Positions 44,615-56,799 of a stretch of 64,000 nucleotides of DNA are shown here, one piece after another. Both the position numbers and the translations under genes were made by a program. The notes under the pieces are model-generated. The model was not told the origin of the DNA. It ran no database searches and saw nothing but the letters and a program-made list of their open reading frames with translations. The stretch lies in assembly GCA_044432975.1 (NCBI GenBank), contig JAWXUC010000004.1, forward strand, positions 30,291 through 94,290, written 5' to 3'. The stretch is from Alphaproteobacteria bacterium. GTDB taxonomy: Bacteria > Pseudomonadota > Alphaproteobacteria > RF32 > CAG-239. How positions within the stretch are numbered: position 1 is the stretch's first letter; every line of letters begins with the position of its first letter.

Positions 44615-47062
44615 ATGAAATTAGTTATTGTGGAATCACCTGCTAAGTGTAAGACTATTGAAAAATATTTGGGGTCTGAATATAAGGTTATGGCATCTTT
44701 TGGGCATGTTAGAGATTTGCCTACAAAAGATGGTTCTGTTAAGCCTGATGAAGATTTTGCAATGACTTGGGAGGTTTCTACTCGAGGCAAAAAGCAACTT
44801 AATGAAATGATGACACAATTAAAATCTGCTGATACGTTAGTCCTCGCAACCGACCCTGATAGAGAAGGAGAGGCTATTTCTTGGCACATTTTAGATGCGC
44901 TTACATCAAAGGGAAAACTTAAAGATAAAAAAGTTGAACGTGTGGTTTTTCATGAAATTACAAAATCTGCCGTAACAGATGCGATTAAAAATCCAAAAAC
45001 TATTGATGATAATATGGTTAGTGCTTATTTGGCTCGTCGTGCGTTGGATTATTTGGTGGGATTTTCTTTATCGCCTGTTTTGTGGAGAAAGCTTCCTGGT
45101 TCAAAATCTGCAGGTCGTGTGCAATCTGTTGCGCTTCGTTTGATTTGCGAACGTGAAACAGAAATTGAAAAATTTAAATCTGAAGAATATTGGACTATTG
45201 ATGCAGAACTTTTAACTGCTAAAAAAGCTTTAATAAAATCTAGACTTATTGAGTTAGACGGCAAAAAGCTTGAAAAATTTGATTTGAATTCTGAAGAAAA
45301 AGCTTTGGAAGCAAAAGCAAAAATAGAGGCGCAAGAATATGTTGTTGAATCTGTTGAACGTAAAAAAGCAAATCGTTATCCTTCAGCTCCGTTTTCTACT
45401 TCTACCTTGCAACAAGATGCTTCTCGTAAGCTTCGTTTCCCTGCAAAGAAAACAATGCAAGTTGCACAAAAGCTTTATGAAGAAGGTTTGATTACATATA
45501 TGAGAACCGATGCACTCAACTTGTCTAAAGAAGCGATTGAGGCTTGTCGTGATGCTATTGTGAAATATTTTGGTGACGAGTATTTGCCAAAACAACCTAA
45601 AGAATATAAAACAAAATCTAAAAATGCACAAGAAGCGCACGAAGCTATTAGGCCTACAGACTTCTTAAATACTCCCAAAAAAATGGAGGGCAAATTAGAT
45701 GCTGATGGGCACAAGCTTTATGAGCTTATTTGGAAGAGAACTGTTGCTTGTCAGATGATGCCTGCAATTTTGGATAAGGTTATTGTTGAATCTCGTTCAA
45801 CTGATAAACAAATTATGTTGCGTGCAAATGGTCAGATGATTGAGTTTGACGGTTTCTTGAAACTTTATCAAGAAAGTAAAGATGAAAAAGATGAAGATGA
45901 TGAAAATAAACTATTACCTAATGTAGATAAAGGTGATGCCCTTGATAAGGGTGAAGTTACTCCAGAGCAACACTTTACATCTCCACCACCAAGATTTACG
46001 GAAGCAAGTTTGGTTAAGCGTTTGGAAGAATTGGGTATTGGTCGTCCTTCTACATATGCAAACATTATTGCGGTGTTGCAAGAACGTAGTTATGTGAAGA
46101 TTGAAAAGATGAAATTTATTCCTGAAGATAGAGGGCGTATTGTTACTATCTTTTTAGAAAATTATTTTAAGAAATATGTGGAATATGATTTTACTGCGCA
46201 ATTAGAAGAATTTTTAGATGATATTGCAAATGGCGAAATGGAATGGAAAAAACTTTTGACTGGTTTTTGGACTAAGTTCTCTAAAAATATTGAAGAAGTA
46301 AGTCCTTTGAAAATTTCTGAAGTTATTGATACTATTGATGAAGTTTTATCTCATCACTTGTTCCCTGTGATTGAAGAAGGGGTTAATCCTCGTTTGTGTC
46401 CTGAATGTAAAAAAGGTGAATTGAGTATTAAATTGGGTAAGTTTGGAGCGTTTTTGGGTTGTTCTAATCACCCTGAATGTAAATTTACAAAAGCCTTAAC
46501 AGGCGTTGAAGGTGATGATAGCGAAGGTGCTTCAGCTCCTAAGCCTGAAGATAAAGTTCTTGGTACTTATCAAGAAATGAATGTTTATCTTAAAAAAGGT
46601 CCTTATGGTTTTTATGTTCAGTTAGGTGAAGACCCAACTGCAAGAACTGAAAAACCAAAACGTGTGGCATTGCCTAAAAATATTAGTCCTGAAGAAATTA
46701 CTTTTGAGCAGGCGGAGCGTTTGGTTTCTTTACCTTTAGATTTGGGTGAAGGTATTGAGTTAAACGCTGGTAAATTTGGTCCTTATATTAAGCAAGGTGG
46801 AAAATCTGCATCTTTAAAAGGTGAAGATACAATTTTTTCTATTACTTTAGAACGTGCAAAACAACTTTTGGTTGGTGTGGCTGAAAAGCCTCAAGGTCAA
46901 ACTTTGGGCAAGACTAAAAATGGTAAAGAAGACATTATTTATGCGGTTGGTCGTTATGGTCCATATTTGAAAGTTGGTAAAAAGAATATTGCACTTCCTA
47001 AAGAGTTTAAAAGTGGAGAGGTTGTTCCTACTCTTGAGCAAGCGTTAGAGTTGATTAAGTAA
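44615..47062 (+). CDS. topA: DNA topoisomerase I
   Basis: MKLVIVESPAK.. TOPRIM, active-site region YMRTD, C-terminal zinc ribbon CPEC..C..HPEC. Confidence 0.97.
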   Translation: MKLVIVESPAKCKTIEKYLGSEYKVMASFGHVRDLPTKDGSVKPDEDFAMTWEVSTRGKKQLNEMMTQLKSADTLVLATDPDREGEAISWHILDALTSKGKLKDKKVERVVFHEITKSAVTDAIKNPKTIDDNMVSAYLARRALDYLVGFSLSPVLWRKLPGSKSAGRVQSVALRLICERETEIEKFKSEEYWTIDAELLTAKKALIKSRLIELDGKKLEKFDLNSEEKALEAKAKIEAQEYVVESVERKKANRYPSAPFSTSTLQQDASRKLRFPAKKTMQVAQKLYEEGLITYMRTDALNLSKEAIEACRDAIVKYFGDEYLPKQPKEYKTKSKNAQEAHEAIRPTDFLNTPKKMEGKLDADGHKLYELIWKRTVACQMMPAILDKVIVESRSTDKQIMLRANGQMIEFDGFLKLYQESKDEKDEDDENKLLPNVDKGDALDKGEVTPEQHFTSPPPRFTEASLVKRLEELGIGRPSTYANIIAVLQERSYVKIEKMKFIPEDRGRIVTIFLENYFKKYVEYDFTAQLEEFLDDIANGEMEWKKLLTGFWTKFSKNIEEVSPLKISEVIDTIDEVLSHHLFPVIEEGVNPRLCPECKKGELSIKLGKFGAFLGCSNHPECKFTKALTGVEGDDSEGASAPKPEDKVLGTYQEMNVYLKKGPYGFYVQLGEDPTARTEKPKRVALPKNISPEEITFEQAERLVSLPLDLGEGIELNAGKFGPYIKQGGKSASLKGEDTIFSITLERAKQLLVGVAEKPQGQTLGKTKNGKEDIIYAVGRYGPYLKVGKKNIALPKEFKSGEVVPTLEQALELIK

Positions 47063-47096
47063 AAAAAAGAGGGCTTTTAAAAAGTCCTCTTTTTTA
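47062..47096. terminator. Bidirectional intrinsic terminator
   Basis: AAAAAGAGGGC / GTCCTCTTTTTT. Confidence 0.7.
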
Positions 47097-47900
47097 TTTG
47101 CCTGAATTTAATAAACTTTGAGAATTTGTTTTTGATATTGTTTCTAGTTTTGTTAATATAGAAACGCTTGCGGCTTTAAATAGTTTTGTCATTAGCTCTT
47201 TAGCTTTTTCTTGCTCATCATCTGTTGCCTCTAATAATATGAATTTATTTTGATGCTCTGTTGTTAAGACTTCTTCTTTATTGTTTTGAACTTCTAATGA
47301 GATAATCATGTGAAATCTTTTTGTTGATGAGTTTATGTTATCTATTTTAGCTTTTAGTACTTTGGGATAGATAATATAATCTGAGGAAGATAAATCATCT
47401 GTTATTAATAAATCATCTTCATGTTTGAAATTTTCTTCAATTATTTTAGAAACACTTTTTGATTGAGTGTTATTGAAATAGTATGTTGGAGCAATATAGA
47501 TAACCATATCTTTTGAATTAATGTCTACAGGAATAATGCTTTCTGGAATTTGTGTTTCAGGTAAATTTAAAGTATCTGTGTTTAAGTAGCCACTTACTTC
47601 TACACATACTTTTGCTTTTTCAGATTTTTTTGTTTTTATTATTAGGTCTGATATGTTGTTGTCAACAGCATCATAAATTAAGGCATTAAACTCATAATCT
47701 GGCACACTGTTTTTTATTTCCATAAATTCGTTTACATGAGAAACAGCTTCAAAACTAGCTTTGTCAGCAGCTCTTGATATTGCACTAGAGCGTTTTTCAC
47801 CTTCTTTAATTGTTTCACAAGATGTTCCAAATAAGGCGATTTCAGATGCTTGAATAGATGTCGTAAATAGTAATAAGAATAAAAAAGCTGTTTTAAACAT
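47094..47900 (-). CDS. Secreted hypothetical protein
   Basis: Signal peptide MFKTAFLFLLLFTTSIQA. ATG at 47900 is preferred to the TTG at 47912. Confidence 0.5.
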   Translation of the reverse strand: MFKTAFLFLLLFTTSIQASEIALFGTSCETIKEGEKRSSAISRAADKASFEAVSHVNEFMEIKNSVPDYEFNALIYDAVDNNISDLIIKTKKSEKAKVCVEVSGYLNTDTLNLPETQIPESIIPVDINSKDMVIYIAPTYYFNNTQSKSVSKIIEENFKHEDDLLITDDLSSSDYIIYPKVLKAKIDNINSSTKRFHMIISLEVQNNKEEVLTTEHQNKFILLEATDDEQEKAKELMTKLFKAASVSILTKLETISKTNSQSLLNSGK

Positions 47901-47905
47901 TGTTA

Positions 47906-48400
47906 TCACCAATAAGTCTTATCATCATTTTGAAGTCGAGATAAAGTTTCTGTATATTCTTTTATAATATTACCTTCGTTATCTAATAAGTTCATTTTAT
48001 ATACAATAGTATTGTCATTTGCAGAAACAATAGATTCAAGATGATAGTTTGTTTCTGCTTGATTGTTTGTAACAATAAATGTATTTGAATTTGTTAAAAT
48101 ATCATTTATGTTTTTGTTTGCAGAATAAAATCCCTCAGGAATATTATCTGAGATTTTTTCAATACTTCTTATATATATTTTAGATTGTGGAATGCTTTCA
48201 TAAATATCTTTGGTGTCATCTAACATTTTATTAGTAACTCTGCTTGCTAGAATTCCATAATCTTGTGGACTAGCTGGGAGTTCTTTTGCTTCTTGTAAAA
48301 GAACATCTTCTTTTTGTGTTGACATTGTGCCGTCATTTTCAACATATATCACACAGCTAGTTAAAGAAAGTCCAAGCAAAGTTACTAATGTTTTATTCAT
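47906..48400 (-). CDS. Lipoprotein, hypothetical (possibly LpoB/YcfM-like)
   Basis: Lipobox LSLTSC; the functional guess is weak. Confidence 0.5.
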   Translation of the reverse strand: MNKTLVTLLGLSLTSCVIYVENDGTMSTQKEDVLLQEAKELPASPQDYGILASRVTNKMLDDTKDIYESIPQSKIYIRSIEKISDNIPEGFYSANKNINDILTNSNTFIVTNNQAETNYHLESIVSANDNTIVYKMNLLDNEGNIIKEYTETLSRLQNDDKTYW

Positions 48401-48409
48401 GATGTTCTC

Positions 48410-50824
<2,415 letters not shown>

Positions 50825-50985
50825 CTATTATTTCCTTATATAAAATTATTTTGTTTCATTATATATGTTTTGTTTGTTTAGGGTGGATTTTTATTAAGTT
50901 ATCAACAGAAAATTTAGTTAATTTGCTTCTGTTTTGTTTTTCTTTGTTGACTTTTGTTTTGAATTATTTTAACGTTTCTGTATGG

Positions 50986-50999
50986 GTGTAGCGCTACAC
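50986..50999. promoter_or_regulatory. 14-bp perfect palindrome GTGTAGCGCTACAC upstream of higA-like gene (candidate operator)
   Basis: Lies 74 nt upstream of ATG 51073. The extended 24-mer GGTGTAGCGCTACACGAGTATTTT recurs at 56450-56472 (minus strand). Confidence 0.4.
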
Positions 51000-51072
51000 G
51001 AGTATTTTTTAACTTATCTCTTTGAAAGATAATAATATTGTTGGTTGTATGTAGAGGCAAATGGAGGTAGAA

Positions 51073-51402
51073 ATGAAGCTTGATAAGATTAAGACGGATT
51101 ATTGTACTCGAGCTAACGTTGAAATGGCTAAGATTTTGATAAAATTGCTTAATGAGCGAGATGTTTCTCAAAGATATTTGGCTAAAGCTATAAAAGTTTC
51201 AACTAATAGAATTAATCAAATTTTGCAAGGAAAATGGAGTGTTACTATTGATACAGATTTGAGGTTGTGTAAGTTTTTTAATAAAGAAGATGGCTTTTTT
51301 ATTAAGCAACTTGTTGAACTTCAGCTAAAACACGCAAAAGAAAATCTTAATACTCAGTTGGAAAAAATTATTCCTGAAAAAGCTCCCAGTAGGGAGCTTT
51401 AA
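51073..51402 (+). CDS. higA: HigA-family Xre-type antitoxin-like HTH protein (no adjacent toxin)
   Basis: LNERDVSQRYLAKAIKVSTNRINQILQGKWSVTIDTDLRLCKFF matches the HigA HTH pattern; GGAGG RBS before 51073. Confidence 0.7.
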   Translation: MKLDKIKTDYCTRANVEMAKILIKLLNERDVSQRYLAKAIKVSTNRINQILQGKWSVTIDTDLRLCKFFNKEDGFFIKQLVELQLKHAKENLNTQLEKIIPEKAPSREL

Positions 51403-51409
51403 TAAAAGG

Positions 51410-52195
51410 TTAAACAGCAATCGGAGCTTTTATTGTTGGGTGAGATTGATATCCAACAAGCTCAAAGTCTTCAAATTTAAAGTCATTGATGTTTTTAACA
51501 TCTGGATTGATTTTCATTTGAGGTAGCGGATAAGGCTCGCGTGATAGTTGCTCACGCACTTGGTCAAAGTGGTTAGAGTAAATATGAGTGTCTGCTAGTG
51601 TATGAACAAACTCACCATAACCCAAATTACAAACCTGAGCAATCATCATTGTTAATAAAGCATAAGATGCAATGTTAAAAGGTACGCCTAAAAATGTATC
51701 GCAACTACGTTGATAGAGCATGCAGTTTAATTTGCCGTTTGCAACATAGAACTGAAACAAAGAGTGGCAAGGTGGTAGTGCCATTTTATCAACTTGTAAA
51801 GGATTCCATGCACAAACGATTAAGCGTCTATCGTTTGGTTTTTCTTTAATGCGGGCAATTACTTCTGCAAGTTGATCTTTACCTTCGTTGTTAAAGTTGC
51901 GCCATTGAGCTCCGTAAACAGGTCCTAAGTCGCCATTTTCATCTGCCCATTCATTCCAAATACTAACGCCGTTGTCTTGAAGATATTTCACGTTTGTATC
52001 TCCTTTTATGAACCACAAAAGTTCATAAATGATGCTTTTTAGGTGGCATTTTTTTGTGGTTACAAGCGGAAAACCTTCTTCTAAGTTGTATCTAACTTGA
52101 CGACCAAAAACAGAGCGTGTTCCTGTGCCAGTTCTATCCATTTTATCAACACCGTTGTCTAAAATGTCTTGTAACAAATTTAAATACTGTTTCAT
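51410..52195 (-). CDS. thyA: Thymidylate synthase (ThyA)
   Basis: MKQYL.L...L..G...DRTGTGT.S.FG, PPCH active site. Confidence 0.97.
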   Translation of the reverse strand: MKQYLNLLQDILDNGVDKMDRTGTGTRSVFGRQVRYNLEEGFPLVTTKKCHLKSIIYELLWFIKGDTNVKYLQDNGVSIWNEWADENGDLGPVYGAQWRNFNNEGKDQLAEVIARIKEKPNDRRLIVCAWNPLQVDKMALPPCHSLFQFYVANGKLNCMLYQRSCDTFLGVPFNIASYALLTMMIAQVCNLGYGEFVHTLADTHIYSNHFDQVREQLSREPYPLPQMKINPDVKNINDFKFEDFELVGYQSHPTIKAPIAV

Positions 52196-52208
52196 AATTT
52201 TTCCTTTT

Positions 52209-52766
52209 TTAAGAGTTTATAATTTTATTAATAATGTTTCTGATTTTTTCATAAGGGACAAAGTCGCCTTTTTTTACATATACACTGGTTAATATGTTAT
52301 CTTCTTCATAATCGTTTAAAACTTTTGTGTATTTTGTTTGCAATTCTTCAACGCAATATGTGATGTCGACAGGTTGTCCTTCTAGTTTTTTGAGGTCTCC
52401 TTGATATACGCAATCGACAACGATTTCTGGAGGTAGTTTTTCAAAAAAAAGTTTGTAAATACTAGCGCCGCCAGAGATGTAAATATCTTCTTCTGTTTTT
52501 TTTAACTCTCTATAATCATTACATACAAAATGATGGTCTTTGTCTGAAACTTCATAATTTTCATCGAAAGTTAAAACAAAAATGTTTCTGTTTGGTAAAG
52601 TTTTGTTTGGAAAGCTTTCGTAAGTGGTTTGTCCGCAAACAACGTTTTCTTCTTCTGTAATACGGCGGAATCTTTTGAAATCTGATGGCACATGCCAAGG
52701 GATTTGTGGGCCAATGCCTATAATATTGTCATCTTTATGACGACACCAAATTGCGACTCTAGTCAT
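52209..52766 (-). CDS. folA: Dihydrofolate reductase
   Basis: [22 protein letters not shown] motif, downstream of thyA. ATG at 52766 follows AGGAGA. Confidence 0.85.
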   Translation of the reverse strand: MTRVAIWCRHKDDNIIGIGPQIPWHVPSDFKRFRRITEEENVVCGQTTYESFPNKTLPNRNIFVLTFDENYEVSDKDHHFVCNDYRELKKTEEDIYISGGASIYKLFFEKLPPEIVVDCVYQGDLKKLEGQPVDITYCVEELQTKYTKVLNDYEEDNILTSVYVKKGDFVPYEKIRNIINKIINS

Positions 52767-52836
52767 ATATTTTCTCCTGTAATTATTATATCTGTTGATT
52801 TTAAAAAGAGGAGTCATATTTTTTTGGGTTGTTTAT

Positions 52837-52872
52837 AAAAAAACTGCTGATAATAAATATCAGCAGTTTTTT
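52837..52872. terminator. Bidirectional intrinsic terminator
   Basis: AAAAAACTGCTGATA / TATCAGCAGTTTTTT. Confidence 0.75.
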
Positions 52873-52874
52873 AA

Positions 52875-54047
52875 TTAAAGGAAAAGACTTAGGTAGCTAA
52901 TTAGCCAAATTATTAAAATGGGGCTAAAATACTTTAAGTATTCTTTGGTGTCGCAGAAGCAGGTAGAGATTAACAAAATTAAAAGTAAGGCTATGCCGTT
53001 TCCTGCGTTTAGCCCTCTTAATATCTCATCGTGGTTTTGCGAACTTCCTATACTAAGCATTGCTCTAAAGAAGCAATTGAAAAATATCGCTAGAAAAGTT
53101 AGAAATGTTGAGAAATGGCTTTCGCCTAGGTAGCTGTTAAGTCTGCGCCAATAAAAAAGCAGTCTGTTTTTTTTGTGGCTTTTGAAAAATTCTTTGTTGT
53201 GCTCTTTAGCGTATTTAAGAATGTTTTCTTTAGTGTACTTAAGGGTGCTTTTATCTTCATCTTTGTCTGCGTTTTCATACCATTTATCCCAATTGATAAA
53301 CTGATATTGTTTTTCTTTAAATAAGGATCTCCACTTTTCTTCATCAACAAGGATTTGTTGGTATCCCAGTTTAACTAGGTAAGCCGCATTAATTTTTTTA
53401 GTGATTTGGGCTTTGCCAGTTGCTTGAAGCTTAAATTCTTCTATCATTATTTTGCATTGTTCGTCAGACAAAAGGAAAGTGTAGTCTAATAAAATATCTA
53501 ACTTTTTTAGTTCAAAAAGTCTATTAGCTCCGCCTTTGCATTCTATTATTCTTTCGTAAGCTTCTCGTTTTTCTAACTCATCAATTCGATTGTATTTTGC
53601 TAAGGCGTTAACACTAGCTTTTTCATCAAACATCTTCCATAGTTTGGGGTTCTTTTCGGCTTCTTGAGCATATTGGTGATACTCTTTGTTGTCTAAAAGA
53701 ACTTCCCATTTCTCATGGGCGATGAGTCCTTTAGGAGAAGATAGATGAGATGAGTTGTTTTGGATTAGCATTTCATCAAGCTCTTCTTGAGTGTAAATTT
53801 TTTCTTCAAGAATTTTTTTGAGAATTTCATCAGCATCACAATATTCACATGCGCTGAATATTTGTGGTAAAAGTACTAAGTGTCCAGTTCTGTGAAGGGC
53901 GCAAAATGTTGCTAGAGTAAAAGGGGCTCCGTTTTCAAATAATTTAAGCAATCTACCAAGGCTGAATCTGTCTCCTTGAGCGATTAAGTTGATGGCAAGG
54001 AGTTCTGTTGCTCTGATGTCTTCGTTTGAAAAATTTTTCTTTTCCAT
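52875..54047 (-). CDS. Hypothetical protein (390 aa) with C-terminal TM helices
   Basis: Long ORF bounded by a terminator and a divergent promoter region; no recognisable domain. Confidence 0.55.
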   Translation of the reverse strand: MEKKNFSNEDIRATELLAINLIAQGDRFSLGRLLKLFENGAPFTLATFCALHRTGHLVLLPQIFSACEYCDADEILKKILEEKIYTQEELDEMLIQNNSSHLSSPKGLIAHEKWEVLLDNKEYHQYAQEAEKNPKLWKMFDEKASVNALAKYNRIDELEKREAYERIIECKGGANRLFELKKLDILLDYTFLLSDEQCKIMIEEFKLQATGKAQITKKINAAYLVKLGYQQILVDEEKWRSLFKEKQYQFINWDKWYENADKDEDKSTLKYTKENILKYAKEHNKEFFKSHKKNRLLFYWRRLNSYLGESHFSTFLTFLAIFFNCFFRAMLSIGSSQNHDEILRGLNAGNGIALLLILLISTCFCDTKEYLKYFSPILIIWLISYLSLFL

Positions 54048-54174
54048 GATTAATAGTTTTTGATTAATAATTTATGTTTAACCTTACATTATATTAGATA
54101 TTGTTTTTGTCAAATTATTTTTTGTTTGACTTTTGTTCTTTTTTGTTTATGCTCAAATTAATGGAGATTTTATT

Positions 54175-54783
54175 ATGATTGCAAAGTTAAAAGGACTTGT
54201 TGATAGCGTTTTTGATGATAATGCTATAATAGATGTTAATGGTGTTGGGTATTTGGTTTGGTGTTCTTCTAAAACACTAACAAAATTAGAAGTAGGCACT
54301 GCTACAACCGTTTTTGTAGAAACTGTAGTTAAAGAAGATAGTTTTACTTTATATGGTTTTATTGATGGGCAAGAAAAAAATGCTTTTAATATTATTACAA
54401 AGGTTCAAGGTGTTGGACCAAAAGTTGGTTTGGCAATTTTATCTGTTTTAAGCCCTTCTGATATTGCAAACGCTATAATGGCGCAAGATAAAGCGATGAT
54501 AGGGCAGGCTAGTGGTGTTGGTCCTAAATTGGCGGTTAGGATTTTAACTGAGCTTAAAGATAAGGCACAAATGTTTGGTTTTGGCGGGGTTGAGGTTTCT
54601 ACTTTTATTGAGGTTTCAAAAGTTTCTGATCCTACTGCTATGGAAGACGCTGTTTCTGCTTTGGTTAATCTTGGTTATGCCAAAATTGAGGCTTATAGAG
54701 CAGTTAATGTTGCACTAAAAGTTAATGAAAACGCAAATGTTTCTACTTTAATAAAATTAGCTCTTAAAGAATTGGCAGGTTAA
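54175..54783 (+). CDS. ruvA: Holliday junction helicase subunit RuvA
   Basis: MIAKLKG.. start, HhH GVGPK x2; ATG at 54175 follows GGAG. Confidence 0.93.
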   Translation: MIAKLKGLVDSVFDDNAIIDVNGVGYLVWCSSKTLTKLEVGTATTVFVETVVKEDSFTLYGFIDGQEKNAFNIITKVQGVGPKVGLAILSVLSPSDIANAIMAQDKAMIGQASGVGPKLAVRILTELKDKAQMFGFGGVEVSTFIEVSKVSDPTAMEDAVSALVNLGYAKIEAYRAVNVALKVNENANVSTLIKLALKELAG

Positions 54784-54785
54784 AA

Positions 54786-55817
54786 ATGGAAGATAGATTA
54801 ATAAGTGCAAATCAAATGCCAGAAGATATTAATGCTCCAATAAATTTGCGTCCGCAAACTTTGGCAGATTTTGTTGGTCAAAGAGAGCTTTGTGATAACT
54901 TAAAGGTTTTTATAGATGCGGCAAAATCAAGGCGAGAGGCGCTTGATCATGTGTTGTTGTTTGGACCTCCTGGTTTGGGAAAAACTACTTTAGCTTCAAT
55001 TGTTGCAAAAGAATTAGGGGTTAATTTTAAGCCAACTTCAGCACCGATGATTTCTAAATCTGGTGATTTGGCCGCGATACTTACAAACCTAGAAGCAAAT
55101 GATGTTTTGTTTATTGATGAAATTCATCGTCTTAATCCTGCAATTGAAGAAGTTTTATATTCTGCAATGGAAGATTTTCAGTTAGATATTATAATAGGTG
55201 AAGGTCCATCTGCTCGATCTGTGAAAATTGAACTTCAACCTTTTACTTTAGTTGGGGCCACTACTCGTTCTGGTTTGTTGTCTAATCCTTTGCGGGATAG
55301 GTTTGGCATTCCGTTGCGTTTAGATTTTTATGATGCAAAAGATTTGCAAACAATTGTTATGCGTGGGGCTAGATTGTTAAATCTTCCTTTGAGTGAAGAT
55401 GGGGCTTTTGAAATTGCAAAGCGCTCTCGTGGAACGCCTCGTGTGGCTGGTCGTTTGTTGCGTAGGGTTAGAGATTTTGGCGCAAACTTAAATATTGTTG
55501 GAAAAGATGTGGCGGATACTTCTTTGAAAAGACTTGATGTTGATGATTATGGTTTAGATGCTTTTGATAGACGATATTTGGAATGTATTGTTAAAAATTA
55601 TGGCGGAGGCCCTGTCGGTGCAGACACTCTTGCTGCTGCATTGTCAGAAGAACGTGATAGCATTGAAGAAGTTATTGAACCATATTTGTTGAAGCTTGGT
55701 TTCTTGCAACGCACTCCAAGAGGGCGTGTGATTTCTGATTTGGGTTGTGAATATTTGGGCGTGGCAAGGTTGAAGAAGTCAGCGGGGAATGATCCTCAGT
55801 TGGATTTACTGGATTAA
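54786..55817 (+). CDS. ruvB: Holliday junction helicase subunit RuvB
   Basis: GPPGLGKTT Walker A, DEIHR, RGTPR. Confidence 0.97.
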   Translation: MEDRLISANQMPEDINAPINLRPQTLADFVGQRELCDNLKVFIDAAKSRREALDHVLLFGPPGLGKTTLASIVAKELGVNFKPTSAPMISKSGDLAAILTNLEANDVLFIDEIHRLNPAIEEVLYSAMEDFQLDIIIGEGPSARSVKIELQPFTLVGATTRSGLLSNPLRDRFGIPLRLDFYDAKDLQTIVMRGARLLNLPLSEDGAFEIAKRSRGTPRVAGRLLRRVRDFGANLNIVGKDVADTSLKRLDVDDYGLDAFDRRYLECIVKNYGGGPVGADTLAAALSEERDSIEEVIEPYLLKLGFLQRTPRGRVISDLGCEYLGVARLKKSAGNDPQLDLLD

Positions 55818-55835
55818 AAATAAAGAATGTTTTTA

Positions 55836-55857
55836 GGGGCGGCAGCCTCGTCCCTAC
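55836..55857 (-). repeat. REP element (inverted orientation) just after ruvB
   Basis: GGGGCGG-CAGCC-TCGTCCCTAC. Confidence 0.6.
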
Positions 55858-55866
55858 AATTATTTG

Positions 55867-56127
55867 TTATTTTTTGTTAATGATGTTATAAAATTTGTTT
55901 AAGCAATTATAAATATCTTTTGCGGTTAAATATATGGTGTATCCTATTATGTTTAGAGATAATTTGTCGTCTTTTGTTTCTGTTAAAGGTTCTTTAAAAA
56001 ATTCTTCAAGCTCTATTATTGCCTTTTGCTTTCTTTGGGATGTTGTTAATAGTTCTTTTTTTTCATCATTATAAGAGTGATATAGATAAATTAAGTTTTC
56101 CATTAATCTTTTTTCTTCTTTGCTCAT
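55867..56127 (-). CDS. Small hypothetical protein (86 aa) downstream of RNA copy 3
   Basis: ORF starts 24 nt after the RNA terminator T-run. Not similar to the Xre proteins of copies 1 and 2. Confidence 0.5.
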   Translation of the reverse strand: MSKEEKRLMENLIYLYHSYNDEKKELLTTSQRKQKAIIELEEFFKEPLTETKDDKLSLNIIGYTIYLTAKDIYNCLNKFYNIINKK

Positions 56128-56150
56128 TTTTCAATTCCTTTTTTTATAGT

Positions 56151-56322
56151 AAAAAAAATCACCACCACTAAAAAAGTGGTGGAGCTGAAAAACTGCCGCA
56201 TGTCAGCCACTCTAATTCGAGCATAGCCTTATATCGAGCACTCCACCGAAGTGGGTGACTCATACGGATAAAACGTTTTTCAGGCGTTATACATAATAAT
56301 ATTAGCCAAGCCTATCTTGACT
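56151..56322 (-). ncRNA. Unclassified structured RNA / leader, copy 3 of 3
   Basis: Same blocks and helices as copies 1 and 2. P2 is capped by a TTCG loop. Terminator CCACCACT-TTTTT-AGTGGTGG then TGATTTTTTTT on the minus strand. Confidence 0.75.
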
Positions 56323-56330
56323 ATGCTTTT

Positions 56331-56358
56331 ACTATATAGCTCATTTCTGTTTTGTAAA
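56331..56358 (-). promoter_or_regulatory. Sigma-70-type promoter of structured RNA copy 3
   Basis: Minus strand TTTACA (56358-56353), 16-nt spacer, TATAGT (56336-56331). Confidence 0.5.
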
Positions 56359-56456
56359 GAGATATTTATAAGTTTAATTTTGTTAATATTTGAAAATGTT
56401 TGTTTTTTGTGTCAATATAATTCTTATTTATCAATTATTTATTGCTAAAAATACTC

Positions 56457-56470
56457 GTGTAGCGCTACAC
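56457..56470. promoter_or_regulatory. Second copy of palindrome GTGTAGCGCTACAC
   Basis: Identical 14-mer and flanks as 50986-50999, about 135 nt upstream of the copy-3 RNA start. Confidence 0.35.
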
Positions 56471-56481
56471 CTGTATTTTAT

Positions 56482-56661
56482 TGTGAGGTTCGTATTTTTA
56501 CGGACTGTTTGTTAAAAACAATGAATTGCAATTAAAATTTTGTTTTTGTAGAGCGGGGGCTTGCTCCCGCCGTTGCGCAGTGCCTCACGGCGGGAGCAAG
56601 CCCCCGCCCTACAGTAAATAGCCCAAAAAAGCACTTATTTTTTTCTTATACGAATCTCGCG
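56482..56661. mobile_element. Inverted-repeat element (TGTGAGGTTCGTAT ... ATACGAATCTCGCG) carrying a nested REPIN
   Basis: The ends are complementary and related to the 316-379 element. The interior contains REPIN 56548-56612. Confidence 0.55.
56548..56612. repeat. REPIN (two inverted GTAG-head REPs, 25-nt arms)
   Basis: GTAGAGCGGGGGCTTGCTCCCGCCG - 15 nt - CGGCGGGAGCAAGCCCCCGCCCTAC. Confidence 0.85.
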
Positions 56662-56799
56662 TTATATTTTATTGTGAAAAGAGTGTTTATTGATGTTGTT
56701 TGTTTGGTGATAGAGGATTTTTAGGGGATATGTTGTTTTTTTGTTGAATTGTTTAATTGTTTATATATTCTATAATCAAACTTTATAAGGATTTTAATT

